Of a stretch of DNA of 40,871 nt, positions 26,565 to 36,135 are shown one piece after another. The translations under genes were made by a program, and so were the position numbers. This stretch comes from a virus (lineage: Duplodnaviria > Caudoviricetes), in IMG/VR virus record IMGVR_UViG_3300010048_000021, positions 1-40,871 of that record; one strand, 5' to 3'. The notes beneath the pieces were generated by a model that did no database searches, was not told the DNA's origin, and was given only the letters and a program-made list of their open reading frames with translations. How positions within the stretch are numbered: position 1 is the first letter of the stretch; each line of letters starts with the position of its first letter.

Positions 26565-27553
26565 GCGAAGTGAATTTGCTCGGTCCGAATCTGATTCTGA
26601 GCGACTCGACACCGGCCGCACCGGGCGGATCGACGCTCGTCACCTGGCAGGGTAACGGGCAGAAAATCTCCGGCTATGTAGCCACCGGCACAGGCGGCAC
26701 GGTTACCTCCGTCGCGCTCACGATGCCTGCGGAGTTCAGTGTGGCGGGCTCGCCAGTGACAAGTGCCGGCACGCTCGCGGTCACGAAAGCGAATGAATCC
26801 GCGAACACCGTGTGGGCGGGTCCGGCTTCTGGCAGCGCTGCAGTACCGGCGTTTCGGGCGCTTACCTATCAGGATCTGCCGCCGGCTTCGCCGATCTCCT
26901 ATACGACCAGCGGCACCTATACGCTTTCGATGCTGCATTCGACCGTGAATGCCGATGCGACCGCAGGCTCGATCACGCTGAACCTGCCCAACCCGCACAG
27001 CACGGGCGACCAGTTTCTGATCAGCCGCGGCGACGTCACGACTGCGAATACAGTCACCGTGGCGGGCAACGGCTACAACATTTATTACCGCGCCGGCGGG
27101 ACGGCCACGACCGAAGTGCTGTACGGCGGCGAGGCGATTCAGCTCTATGCGATCGGCGGCCCCAGCTCGCTTGATTGGGTCATTCTGCGCCGTATGCCTT
27201 CGGCCTGGCTTCCCTGGACACCCACCTTGACCGGCAGCGGCAGTCTGACGATCTCGAGTCCTACGTTCTCGCCGGCTGAATATCAGGTATTCGGGGACAA
27301 CGTGACCTTTCGGCTGATTGCCTCGTTCACGGCGGCCGGCACCGGCGCAGGCCTGACCGCGACACTGCCCACGACCATCTTCGGTTCGCAGTACTTTTCC
27401 TTCAACGGCATGGCGAATGCGACTGGTGTCACAACCGAATTTCTCGCCGGGCTGGCCGTTTCGCCCAACATGACGATGTACCTGCGCGGGAACGCGATGT
27501 ACCCGGCCGGCACGGTCTCGATCTATGCCGGAGGCTGGTATCGGCGGCGATGA
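26561..27553 (+). CDS. Tail fibre protein
   Basis: DSTPAAP adaptor, GTVTSVAL...VWAGPASG...PAFRAL, DATAGSITLNLP, C-terminal WTPT domain. Confidence 0.75.
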   Translation: MSEVNLLGPNLILSDSTPAAPGGSTLVTWQGNGQKISGYVATGTGGTVTSVALTMPAEFSVAGSPVTSAGTLAVTKANESANTVWAGPASGSAAVPAFRALTYQDLPPASPISYTTSGTYTLSMLHSTVNADATAGSITLNLPNPHSTGDQFLISRGDVTTANTVTVAGNGYNIYYRAGGTATTEVLYGGEAIQLYAIGGPSSLDWVILRRMPSAWLPWTPTLTGSGSLTISSPTFSPAEYQVFGDNVTFRLIASFTAAGTGAGLTATLPTTIFGSQYFSFNGMANATGVTTEFLAGLAVSPNMTMYLRGNAMYPAGTVSIYAGGWYRRR

Positions 27554-27975
27554 TCCGGCAGGCCACAGCAGAGGACGTGCCGCGCCTGGTCGAGATGGGC
27601 CGGCGCTTCCGCTCGGAGACCGGCTATGCGAAGGTCTTAGCGGAGAACCCGGCGAAGATGGCAGAACTCGCGACGCAACTGGCTGCGAGCGGCGGGCTGC
27701 TGGTGAGTGAGCGCGAAGGGGAACTGGTCGGCATGCTGGGTTACGTGGTGTATCCGCACTTCATCTCCGGCGAATCGACGGCCGGTGAAGTGTTTTGGTG
27801 GGTGGAACCGGAGCACCGCGGCGAAGGTCTCAAGTTGCTGAAAGAAGCGGAGCGCCGCGCGAAAGCGGTGGGCGCGGAAAAAATGCAGATGATCGCACCG
27901 ACTGACCGGGTAGCCACGCTCTATCTGCGGCTCGGCTACGAGTTTGTCGAAGCCTCCTATCAGCGGGCGCTATGA
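27550..27975 (+). CDS. GNAT acetyltransferase
   Basis: MIRQAT.EDVP, WWVEPEHRG, LY.RLGY. Confidence 0.88.
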   Translation: MIRQATAEDVPRLVEMGRRFRSETGYAKVLAENPAKMAELATQLAASGGLLVSEREGELVGMLGYVVYPHFISGESTAGEVFWWVEPEHRGEGLKLLKEAERRAKAVGAEKMQMIAPTDRVATLYLRLGYEFVEASYQRAL

Positions 27976-28580
27976 ACATTCCCGGTCTCTGCGTCGAGAA
28001 CTTCGCGCCCGATGCGCTTCACGTGCGCGAGGCGGTGATCGCAGGACAATTCTCGACTGAGCAGGGGCCGGACGGAGGAACCTATACCGGCATCTCGCAG
28101 TATCCGGTGCCGCAGTGGTACGAGCGGATCGGAGAAGTGCTGGGCAGAAAAATCACGCCGCGGCTCTCCTGCTTCCGGCTGAACCTCAAGGGCGAGCTGC
28201 CGCATAGCTGGGTACACAGCGATGACATCTGCGCGAAATTCGCCAGCGTGCTCTATCTGAATCTGCCGGACCAGTGCATCGGCGGCACGGCCTTCTGGAA
28301 GCACCGGGCTCTCGGGATGAGCTACCTGTTATCGCGCGAAGAACTCGCTGCGCACGGCATGGACGCGGATGCCTTTTACCGGCTGATGAACCGCGAATGG
28401 AAAGATGCGAACGCCTGGGAGCAGGTCGGTCTCATGGGAATGCAGTTCAACCGCTTCCTCACGTATCCGACGCAGTTCTTCCATTCGCGCTGGCCGTGGG
28501 AAGGCTTCGGCTCTTCACCGCAGGACGGGCGATTGATCTGGGCCTGCTTCTATGACATCGAAGGGAGCAACGGAATATGA
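27972..28580 (+). CDS. 2OG-Fe(II) oxygenase-like protein (DUF6445-like)
   Basis: WVHSD, SVLYLN, GGTAFW, FNR...FHSR, R. Confidence 0.8.
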   Translation: MNIPGLCVENFAPDALHVREAVIAGQFSTEQGPDGGTYTGISQYPVPQWYERIGEVLGRKITPRLSCFRLNLKGELPHSWVHSDDICAKFASVLYLNLPDQCIGGTAFWKHRALGMSYLLSREELAAHGMDADAFYRLMNREWKDANAWEQVGLMGMQFNRFLTYPTQFFHSRWPWEGFGSSPQDGRLIWACFYDIEGSNGI

Positions 28581-29626
28581 GCGTAGCGACCAGTACAGCA
28601 ATCGGACTTGCGGCTGCGATCGGCGGCGCAACTTCCATCGGCAGCGCAGCCATCGGATCGCATGCTGCCGGACAAGCCGCTAAAACACAAGCGCAAGCAG
28701 CGCAGTCTGCCGAGCAACTGCAGGCGCAGGAGTTCGCACAGCAGCAGCAGAATCTGGCACCGTACCTTGCCGCGGGCAAAGGCGCGCTCTCGCAATTGCA
28801 AGCGGGGACGCAACCGGGCGGACAGTTCGCACAGACCAATTACCCGGCGTTCACGCCGACAGGCCTTGCGGCAACGGCTTTGCAACCCGGCACGTTTCAG
28901 GCACCGACCGCCGCGCAGGCCGCTGCCACGCCCGGTTATCAGTTCGCCTTCGATCAGGGACTGCAAGCGCTGCAACGAAGTCAGGCGGCAACGGGCATCA
29001 CTGGAGGCGGCGCCGCGAAAGCAGCGCAGCAGTATGGGCAGGGATTGGCATCGACCAACTATCAACAGGCGTACGCGAATGCGCTGAACAGCTACGGAAC
29101 GAACCAGGCCGCGGCGCAGGGCGCGCTCGGTGCGCAAAGCGGCGTGTACGGAACAAACTTCGGTGTCCAGCAACAGATGCTGCAGAATGCCTACAACCGC
29201 ATCGCCGGGATCGCGGGCATGGGTGCGGGTGCGGCCTCGCAGGCAAATCAGGCAGCGCAGAATTACGCCGCGCAGCAAGGCAACCTGCTCACCTCTGCGG
29301 GTGCCGCGCAAGCCGCAGGGACGATGGGCCAAGCGAATGCGTGGGCGCAGGGACTCGGCGGTGTCGGCAACGCCGCCATGAATGCGGCGATTCTCAGCAA
29401 ACTGTTCGGACAACCTAGCACGCCCTTCAATCCAGGTCAGGATACCGCCAGTGCCGCCCAGCAAGGGGATATCGCGATGGGCGTGCTGGGCGGACTGCCG
29501 CAGGCATCCGTTGGTGCCGCGCCCTTCGTATCCAGCGCATTGCCGGAACTCGGCAGTGCCTATACCGCTCAATTAGGCTCAGGCCTCAACAGCCTGCTGG
29601 TGCCGGGCAGTTCCTTCGGGAGTTAA
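28577..29626 (+). CDS. DNA ejection/pilot protein
   Basis: Ala/Gly/Gln-rich; APYLAAGKGAL, TPGYQF...G, YGQGLAS. Confidence 0.75.
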   Translation: MSVATSTAIGLAAAIGGATSIGSAAIGSHAAGQAAKTQAQAAQSAEQLQAQEFAQQQQNLAPYLAAGKGALSQLQAGTQPGGQFAQTNYPAFTPTGLAATALQPGTFQAPTAAQAAATPGYQFAFDQGLQALQRSQAATGITGGGAAKAAQQYGQGLASTNYQQAYANALNSYGTNQAAAQGALGAQSGVYGTNFGVQQQMLQNAYNRIAGIAGMGAGAASQANQAAQNYAAQQGNLLTSAGAAQAAGTMGQANAWAQGLGGVGNAAMNAAILSKLFGQPSTPFNPGQDTASAAQQGDIAMGVLGGLPQASVGAAPFVSSALPELGSAYTAQLGSGLNSLLVPGSSFGS

Positions 29627-29630
29627 TCCT

Positions 29631-31667
29631 ATGCCGCTCGACCCGAACATTTCACTCGCCTATCAGCCGCCGCAGATCGCGAATCCGCTCGCGACCATCG
29701 CGCAGGTCCAGGCGCTCAAGAACCAGCAGACGCAGGGCCAGCTCTCGCAACTGCAATTGCAGCAGGAGCAGCGCCAGATGGCCGCGCAACAGGCGCTGGG
29801 CGCGGCGCTTGCGGACAATTTCAAAGTCAACCAGGACGGCACGTCGGAGTATGACGTTGGAAAGATCTCGCAAAAGATGGCGGCCGGCGGTTTTGGGTAT
29901 GCTCTGCCGAACGTGATCCCCAGCCTGACTGCCGCAAATGAGTCCGCCGCCAAGTATCAGCAGACCAAAGTCGCTCTACAGGAAGCGCAGAATGACCTAG
30001 TGGGCCAGACGGCGTATGCGGTGAAGCAGCACTTCACGGCCGGATCGTTAATGACGGGCGTATACGGACTCACGAAGCAAGGCGTGATGAATTCGGATGC
30101 TGCCAATGCCGCCATACAGGATATCCAGGCGCACCAGGATGATTTGGGTTATCTGCATCAGCGCTATGACCCGATGATCGACAATGCCATCGGCAAGTCG
30201 CAAAAGGTCACGGCCATGATGTCGTCAGCCCAGCGTGGCGAGGCAGCGATGGGCGAATTGGGACTCAAGAAAGACGCGGCTGCCATCGCGGCTCTTTCTA
30301 GCGCACAGAACGCAGAAGATTTTCAGAAGATTCTTGCGGACCAGAAAGCCAGGGGTGCCAACGTCAGCGAGTTCGAAGGAAGGCCCTGGACGCCGGACCT
30401 GCAGTTTGACCTGCAAACGCGCAATGCGCCGGCGTCAGAGCGTGCCGGCATGGCAAACACTTATGCCAAAAACCAATTGCCTACGCTGATGCAAGCCGCA
30501 CAAAAGGGACCAGAAGCCTGGAAGGAAGCGCTCTCTGGTTTGCCGAAACCAGTGCAGGCGATATATTCCGGCCTGGGCGACAAGCCCACGCAAGCGGATG
30601 TACTGCATGCAACCTTTACGCCAGCCGAATGGGCCAGAGAAGTCGCACCTGTCGGTGCGGAAAACCAGTTCATCGCCGACTTTCTAAAGCGGAATCCAGG
30701 CAAGACAATTGCGGATGCAGTCCAGGCGTACTCGAATGTTACGTATCATCCGCCAATCGTGCTGGTGCCGAATGCCGCAGGCGGCGCAACGGCGCAGCCG
30801 ATTCGTCCCGGCGCTACCGTAGCGCCTGGCGCCCAAACGCTGAGCAACTACACCGCACAGCAGCCGTACATGCCGACTACAGGTGACACGCAGGGGCTGA
30901 CGGGAGAAGACTTTCTCAAGACACTACCGCCGGCGTCGCAAAATACGGTGCGGCAAATCGCAAATGGAGACATTCCACCACCGCCCGCCGGAAGCCGCTC
31001 GCCGGCTGCGCTGGCTTTGCTCTCTGCGGTTACGCAATACGACCACACCTTTAATGCGAACCGCTATACGGCAATGAAGGACTTCTCAGAAGGCGGAAAG
31101 AGCAAGCAGGTAAACGCCATCAATACGGCCATCGGTCACCTTGAACTTTTAGACCAGGCCGGGCAGGCGCTGAAGAACGGCACCTTTGTGCCGGGCAATG
31201 CGCTGTACAATCGTTTCGTCGCCACGTTCGGCGCACCGCAACAATCGAACGTAGCCAGCATCATCCAGCGCGTCTCGGGCGAATTAAACAAGGCGACCGG
31301 CTCGATTGGCGAAGGAGAGCAGGAAGCCATCAAGAAGAACCTCTCCGGTGACATGTCCCCAGAACAACTGCATGGGGCAGTTAAGACGAACATTGGATTG
31401 CTGGGAGAGGCGATGGACTCGCTCAAGCAGGACTATATGCGCGGCACCAACTTCACCGCTGATCATCCGAAAGTCAATGCGCTACTCACTCCACGCGCCA
31501 AAGAAGCGCTGACCAACATGGGCTTCGATCCGACCACGATGAAGCCGTCGGCGCAGGGTGCGGCCCCTACCGGAATTCCGACAGGTGCGATCATTCAGCG
31601 CAGCAAAGTAACCGGCAAATTCCGCTATTCCACTGACGGCGGGAAAACATGGCAAACCCAGCAATAG
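29631..31667 (+). CDS. Internal virion/ejection protein
   Basis: MPLDPNI start, Gln-rich helical, position after the pilot protein. Confidence 0.65.
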   Translation: MPLDPNISLAYQPPQIANPLATIAQVQALKNQQTQGQLSQLQLQQEQRQMAAQQALGAALADNFKVNQDGTSEYDVGKISQKMAAGGFGYALPNVIPSLTAANESAAKYQQTKVALQEAQNDLVGQTAYAVKQHFTAGSLMTGVYGLTKQGVMNSDAANAAIQDIQAHQDDLGYLHQRYDPMIDNAIGKSQKVTAMMSSAQRGEAAMGELGLKKDAAAIAALSSAQNAEDFQKILADQKARGANVSEFEGRPWTPDLQFDLQTRNAPASERAGMANTYAKNQLPTLMQAAQKGPEAWKEALSGLPKPVQAIYSGLGDKPTQADVLHATFTPAEWAREVAPVGAENQFIADFLKRNPGKTIADAVQAYSNVTYHPPIVLVPNAAGGATAQPIRPGATVAPGAQTLSNYTAQQPYMPTTGDTQGLTGEDFLKTLPPASQNTVRQIANGDIPPPPAGSRSPAALALLSAVTQYDHTFNANRYTAMKDFSEGGKSKQVNAINTAIGHLELLDQAGQALKNGTFVPGNALYNRFVATFGAPQQSNVASIIQRVSGELNKATGSIGEGEQEAIKKNLSGDMSPEQLHGAVKTNIGLLGEAMDSLKQDYMRGTNFTADHPKVNALLTPRAKEALTNMGFDPTTMKPSAQGAAPTGIPTGAIIQRSKVTGKFRYSTDGGKTWQTQQ

Positions 31668-33064
31668 ACAATGAGTGGGAAACCGTTCCCTCTCCCTCTG
31701 CTCCGACGAGCGCGACAGATAGCGAGTGGGAAACCGTGGCGACTCCACCGGAAGGGGCACTTGTCTCGCTTCTGCATGGAGCGGCAAAGAGTGCGGCGAC
31801 AATCCCTGCGTTCCTTGCCAGTTACGTCCCTGGTCCTATCGGGGAAAATGCGCGACAGGTTCTAGCCAGAGCGAACGCACCGGCCGCCAACGCCTATCAG
31901 GGGATTGGCAAGTTTGGCGAACAGGCTCTTGAGTTCGCTATTCCGGGCGGTGCGGCGAGCAAAGCAATGGAAGCGGCACCGTTCCTGGCTCGAGCCGCAA
32001 CGCAAGCCGGCATCGGCGCTGGCGTATCGGGGCTGCAGACGCGAGGTGATCCCAGGAGCATGGCAATTGGCGGCGTGCTGGGTGTCGGTGGAGAGGCTGC
32101 CGGTTCGGCAATAGGTCGTATTCGAGCGCTGGCACAATTGCCAAAGGCCGCTACCGTCGAGAATTTCCGCGATGCGTTTGCGGCGACCCCAATGCAACTG
32201 CCTGCGATCCAGAAGGCCATGCCCACATTGGCGAAGTACGGCATTACGCCGCAAGCAGGCGTGCAGGAGATGCAGGATGCCGTGCGCGGCCAACTGCAGG
32301 ATCTCAGCCAGCAGTATGCAACGCGGGAAGCGGCCGGTATCGGAGACAAAACGATGGCGGGCAACGATATCGTGCAAAAGCTGGAGCAACTCAAATCGCG
32401 GTTCACAACTTCTAGCGGAAAGGTGCCTAGCGCGAATAAAGAGATCGTCTCGCGCATTGAGGAACAGATCGCAGATGTAAAGGGCGAAATGGACACGGGC
32501 GGCAATGTCAAGTTCAGGGATCTGCGGACGCTACGTGATGCCTCGAATGGCAAGACCAATTGGGCCTCTCCGGAAGCGGACCAAAACTTATATCGTGATG
32601 TTGGCGACATCTATCGTGGCGGCTTGGATCAGATCGAGCCGGGAACCGCAGAGTTAAACCGCGATTGGGCAAACCTCACGGCTGCAGACAAGGTGGCTGA
32701 TAAGAACATCAGCTACGGGCGCGGCATAGTCCCATCCCGCTTTGAACAGGGATTGCAGAAAGCGACGCAACCAGCAGTTGGGATGATGTTGGGACGCGAA
32801 GGCAGCAGTTTAATCCCGGTCGATTTCCCCGGCAAGGCATTAGCTTTTGAAGCAGCGGGGGGCTATCTTTACCCGAAGCTTGCCGGACCAGTCGTGCAAG
32901 CACTAAAGAATGCTGCCGATAGCGGACAACTTGGAGCGCTACCCACTGCACAGAGGGCGGCGTTGTCGATGGCGGCAAAACTCGGCGACAATGCGGCTAT
33001 TCTGCGGATTCTCGGTCAGGGAGCGGCAACAACGGCGGTGGAGCAGAGACGGCCTGGACCTTAG
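31649..33064 (+). CDS. Internal virion/ejection protein
   Basis: Gly/Ala-rich; N-terminal EWETV repeats; last of the three. Confidence 0.6.
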   Translation: MANPAIDNEWETVPSPSAPTSATDSEWETVATPPEGALVSLLHGAAKSAATIPAFLASYVPGPIGENARQVLARANAPAANAYQGIGKFGEQALEFAIPGGAASKAMEAAPFLARAATQAGIGAGVSGLQTRGDPRSMAIGGVLGVGGEAAGSAIGRIRALAQLPKAATVENFRDAFAATPMQLPAIQKAMPTLAKYGITPQAGVQEMQDAVRGQLQDLSQQYATREAAGIGDKTMAGNDIVQKLEQLKSRFTTSSGKVPSANKEIVSRIEEQIADVKGEMDTGGNVKFRDLRTLRDASNGKTNWASPEADQNLYRDVGDIYRGGLDQIEPGTAELNRDWANLTAADKVADKNISYGRGIVPSRFEQGLQKATQPAVGMMLGREGSSLIPVDFPGKALAFEAAGGYLYPKLAGPVVQALKNAADSGQLGALPTAQRAALSMAAKLGDNAAILRILGQGAATTAVEQRRPGP

Positions 33065-33284
33065 AGCGCCGGGACGTTCCCGGCTTGTTGAGTTCGCGCC
33101 AAAAGTCACGGAACGGAAGCCCTGATGCGCGCCAGCAAATTTCCAAGACCGCCACGGTCAGTAGAAGGTAAAGCTCCAATCCCATCCAGATGCCGTCATG
33201 CGACCAATGCGTGACCAGCCCGATGATCAGGAAGGCTCCCACAGGCAGACACTCCAAACATCCTAGAAGCAAAGCTAATTTCAT
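32997..33284 (-). CDS. Small membrane protein (moron)
   Basis: Two hydrophobic segments; counter-oriented after the ejection genes. Confidence 0.5.
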   Translation of the reverse strand: MKLALLLGCLECLPVGAFLIIGLVTHWSHDGIWMGLELYLLLTVAVLEICWRASGLPFRDFWRELNKPGTSRRSKVQAVSAPPPLLPLPDRESAE

Positions 33285-33475
33285 AAAGGCCTCCGGACGA
33301 CTGAACCGAAGCGAACATAGCGGTACATCAGCCGGATGAACACGCCCAACAGGAACGGCCCGAACACGAGTACCGCATCGTACTGATCAAAGCTGAATCG
33401 CTCCCGCGTCGTGCAGTTCAAAAAGAACACTGCACCCCAAATCACGCAGAGCACAAACCACAATCTTGTTAACAA
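33281..33475 (-). CDS. Small two-TM membrane protein (moron)
   Basis: RLWFVLCVIWGAVFF...LVFGPFLLGVFIR. Confidence 0.55.
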   Translation of the reverse strand: MLTRLWFVLCVIWGAVFFLNCTTRERFSFDQYDAVLVFGPFLLGVFIRLMYRYVRFGSVVRRPL

Positions 33476-33500
33476 ATTACTTTCCTCCAGAAACTTTTCT

Positions 33501-33782
33501 TCACCGTAAATTCTCAGGCGGGATGCGCTCGATCAGTTTTCCGATGGCTTCCACCAACTTGTCGATGCGCTTGCCGCGCTCATCTTCGTTCGCTACCAGC
33601 CGGTCCATATTCGCCTGTAGCTTCGCCATGTTCTCATCAATCCGTTCCATATGATCCTGTGCCAGCACTTGCCACGTCCGCATGGCGCGGAACTCAGCTT
33701 CATGGTGGTCGATCATCTTGATGAGCGTGCGCTCGATCTTGTCAAAGCGCGTACCGTTCGGGTTTAGCTCTTCTTCGCTCAT
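33501..33782 (-). CDS. Coiled-coil hypothetical protein
   Basis: RIDKLVEAIGKLI; ATGA-coupled. Confidence 0.7.
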   Translation of the reverse strand: MSEEELNPNGTRFDKIERTLIKMIDHHEAEFRAMRTWQVLAQDHMERIDENMAKLQANMDRLVANEDERGKRIDKLVEAIGKLIERIPPENLR

Positions 33783-34012
33783 GGCTTCTTGTCCTGCTTG
33801 TTGTCTTCGACGCGCGTGATCCGCTCGGTGTGCTCGATAATCTTGCCGGTCAGCATATCCCGAATACCGCCGATCTCGCTGCGCAGCGAATCGCCCAGTG
33901 ATTTGATGTCCGTCTCGATGCGCGTGAAACGGCTGTTGATGTTGCTATTCAGCATAAAACCCAGCACCAATAGCACGATGCCCACGATGGCATTGCCGAT
34001 GTATTGCTCCAC
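33779..34012 (-). CDS. TM plus coiled-coil hypothetical protein
   Basis: RBS aaggag; N-terminal TM. Confidence 0.65.
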   Translation of the reverse strand: MEQYIGNAIVGIVLLVLGFMLNSNINSRFTRIETDIKSLGDSLRSEIGGIRDMLTGKIIEHTERITRVEDNKQDKKP

Positions 34013-34042
34013 TTTCTAACCTTCTCCTTCAAGTAAAACCTT

Positions 34043-34528
34043 ATGCCTGTTGCGAATTTCTCAAACACCACCCCTGCGGCCCCGATCGGAAACACCAATA
34101 TCACCTGGCAGTCGGATGGCAGCGGCAATATTTCCGGCTATCTCTCCACGCCCACGGCCGCCTGGCAGACCTACACGCCGACGCTCGGATCGGACGCCGG
34201 CACGTTCAGTGCGACTACCTGGCAGGATACCGGCTATCTGCAGACCGGCAACATCGTATTCTTCACGCTGCGCTTCGCTGCGAGTTTGTCCGCGACCGCG
34301 ACCTATCTGTATTTTGGTCTGCCGCCGACTTCGCAGAACCAGCCGGGCACGTTTTCCGTACTGAGCGCCATCATCGAAACCGGCCCCAGCGGGGCACCGT
34401 TTTCGACCTGCGCCTGTCACGTTCTGAACGTCGGCAACGGTGTCCTGCGCACGCCCAACGATCAGCCGGGCCAGTGGCCGGCGGGGGCGTATCAAATCAT
34501 GATCGCGGGCTTCTACCGCGCCGCCTGA
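34043..34528 (+). CDS. Stand-alone mini tail-tip/receptor-binding protein 1
   Basis: NFSNTTPAAP adaptor plus WQTYTPTL...GFYRAA domain, paralogous to the 26561 gene. Confidence 0.75.
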   Translation: MPVANFSNTTPAAPIGNTNITWQSDGSGNISGYLSTPTAAWQTYTPTLGSDAGTFSATTWQDTGYLQTGNIVFFTLRFAASLSATATYLYFGLPPTSQNQPGTFSVLSAIIETGPSGAPFSTCACHVLNVGNGVLRTPNDQPGQWPAGAYQIMIAGFYRAA

Positions 34529-34561
34529 TTTCACCAACTTCATACTAAGGAGGGTACTCCC

Positions 34562-35029
34562 ATTTCCACTGTCAACTTTAACGACACGACGCCCGCTGCG
34601 CCTGCAGGGGTAGTGAACCTCAAATGGCAGAGCGATGCATCCGGCAACATCAGTGCCTACGATCCAGTGGGGAGCTGGACGACCTGGACGCCCACCGTGA
34701 CCGGTGGTGGCTCGATGACGGTCAGTTCGCCGGTGTTCCAGCTCGCGCAATATCTGCGCGCCGGCCCGATTGTCTACATCTCGATGGAGTGGACCGCTAC
34801 GCTCGGCGGCACGGCGAGCAACAATGTCCAGTTGACCTTGCCCGTGGTGGTAGTGGGAAACCGTACCAACGGCGTTTCGATCAACGGCGTGAGCGGCACC
34901 GCGCTGCAGGCCGGTGTAGCGCTGTTCGGCAATCCGAGCGCCGGCATCATGAGCGTGTACCCCAGCACAACGAACTATACGCTCGGGGCCACGCAGTGGT
35001 TCATTACCGGCTGTTACCGCTGCGCCTAG
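34562..35029 (+). CDS. Stand-alone mini tail-tip/receptor-binding protein 2 (apparent ATT start)
   Basis: AAGGAGG SD, then ATT TCC ACT GTC AAC TTT AAC GAC ACG ACG CCC in frame with the 34613 ORF. Confidence 0.7.
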   Translation: MSTVNFNDTTPAAPAGVVNLKWQSDASGNISAYDPVGSWTTWTPTVTGGGSMTVSSPVFQLAQYLRAGPIVYISMEWTATLGGTASNNVQLTLPVVVVGNRTNGVSINGVSGTALQAGVALFGNPSAGIMSVYPSTTNYTLGATQWFITGCYRCA

Positions 35030-35775
35030 TAAAGACTGTTCCACGATGCGTCGATCTCGTCGTAACTGCGCCTGCGTGCGGCCTGCGTGTCGTAACCGAA
35101 GGTGTGGAACGCCGGCTGGTGGCGCGCTTCGATGGCTTGCGCAATGATCCGGTCGATCAGTTGCGTCCAGAGTCCCGGCTGGCCGCGCCAGAAGTGACGG
35201 TTCGGCGCCGTCGTGCGGGATTGCTCCAGCGTATGCGTGGCAAGAGCCTGCGCGATCGCCGCCTGATCCGGAGCGATGCCGTGGTCTTCGAGCAGGCGTA
35301 TCAGCCGCGGCGCCGGATCAGCGACCAGGTCTTCATAGGAAAGGCGATAGGTGTCGCGGCGCGTCCATTCGAGCGACAGGTTGAGCAGCGTTTCTGCGCG
35401 CATCGAGAAGCTGTACCCGACGAAGTCCGCGCTGCGCGGGCCTCTGCTGAGCAGTCGCGTTTCGTCACCCCATTCGCCGTTCAGCCAGTTCGCGGTCTGC
35501 GGTTCGAAATTCGAAAAGTGCAGGATCGAGACGAGCACGTCCAGCGGGTGCCGGTGCAGCACAAGCGGCGTGACCTGGTGGCGCTCGAGCAGGTTGAGCA
35601 GCTCCGGCGTGGGATGCCAGTGGATCTGGCCGATGAAGCTGGGCGGCAGCGATTCCCAATCGACATCGGACGGCCGATGAACCGCGAACTCGTGGCAGCC
35701 GAGCGTCGTCGCCAGCAGCCGCCGCAGATAGGTGTTGCCCGAGCGCGGCGTCGAGACGAGCAGGAAGCGGCTCAT
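35026..35775 (-). CDS. Sulfotransferase-family protein
   Basis: STPRSGNTYL (5'-PAPS loop), RHPLDVLVS, YEDL, FWRGQPG.W. Confidence 0.88.
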   Translation of the reverse strand: MSRFLLVSTPRSGNTYLRRLLATTLGCHEFAVHRPSDVDWESLPPSFIGQIHWHPTPELLNLLERHQVTPLVLHRHPLDVLVSILHFSNFEPQTANWLNGEWGDETRLLSRGPRSADFVGYSFSMRAETLLNLSLEWTRRDTYRLSYEDLVADPAPRLIRLLEDHGIAPDQAAIAQALATHTLEQSRTTAPNRHFWRGQPGLWTQLIDRIIAQAIEARHQPAFHTFGYDTQAARRRSYDEIDASWNSLY

Positions 35776-35806
35776 GGCTTCTTGTTTTCCAGATTCGTAA
35801 TGCGGC

Positions 35807-36133
35807 TCAAGGGATCTCCTCAATGCGAATGATAGGGGCGTACGATTCCAAACGATCACCGGCAAACTTGTCAAATTTGTATGCGTTCCCGTTTGGCACC
35901 AGCAGTACCCAGCCATCAGCATCACGGCGCACCCGCAGACAGTTTGCTGCCCATGCTCTGGCCCGCAGGTCATCGTAAGCATGTCCGTTTAGCCAAAGCC
36001 ACGGCCTGCGGTCTTTGTCCAGTTCAACAAGAGCCTCGCTGATGAACGCTGTTTCGCCGACAGGGAGGTCGCGTAGTTTGAGTGCAGGGTTCTTGATGAA
36101 TTTTTCGGCCAATCTCGGTTGCTCGTCAGGCAT
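35807..36133 (-). CDS. Hypothetical protein
   Basis: 108-aa ORF in the minus-strand operon. Confidence 0.55.
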   Translation of the reverse strand: MPDEQPRLAEKFIKNPALKLRDLPVGETAFISEALVELDKDRRPWLWLNGHAYDDLRARAWAANCLRVRRDADGWVLLVPNGNAYKFDKFAGDRLESYAPIIRIEEIP

Positions 36134-36135
36134 GG

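Noticed and set aside
28550-29572. Long antisense ORFs (also 16409-17320, 11495-12406, 34061-35044, and 34624-35832 on +)
   Set aside because: Shadows of GC-rich genes on the opposite strand, without recognisable motifs.
34043-35029. DGR template/variable repeats or shufflon
   Set aside because: No reverse transcriptase or invertase; the paralogues differ at all base types, not only adenines.
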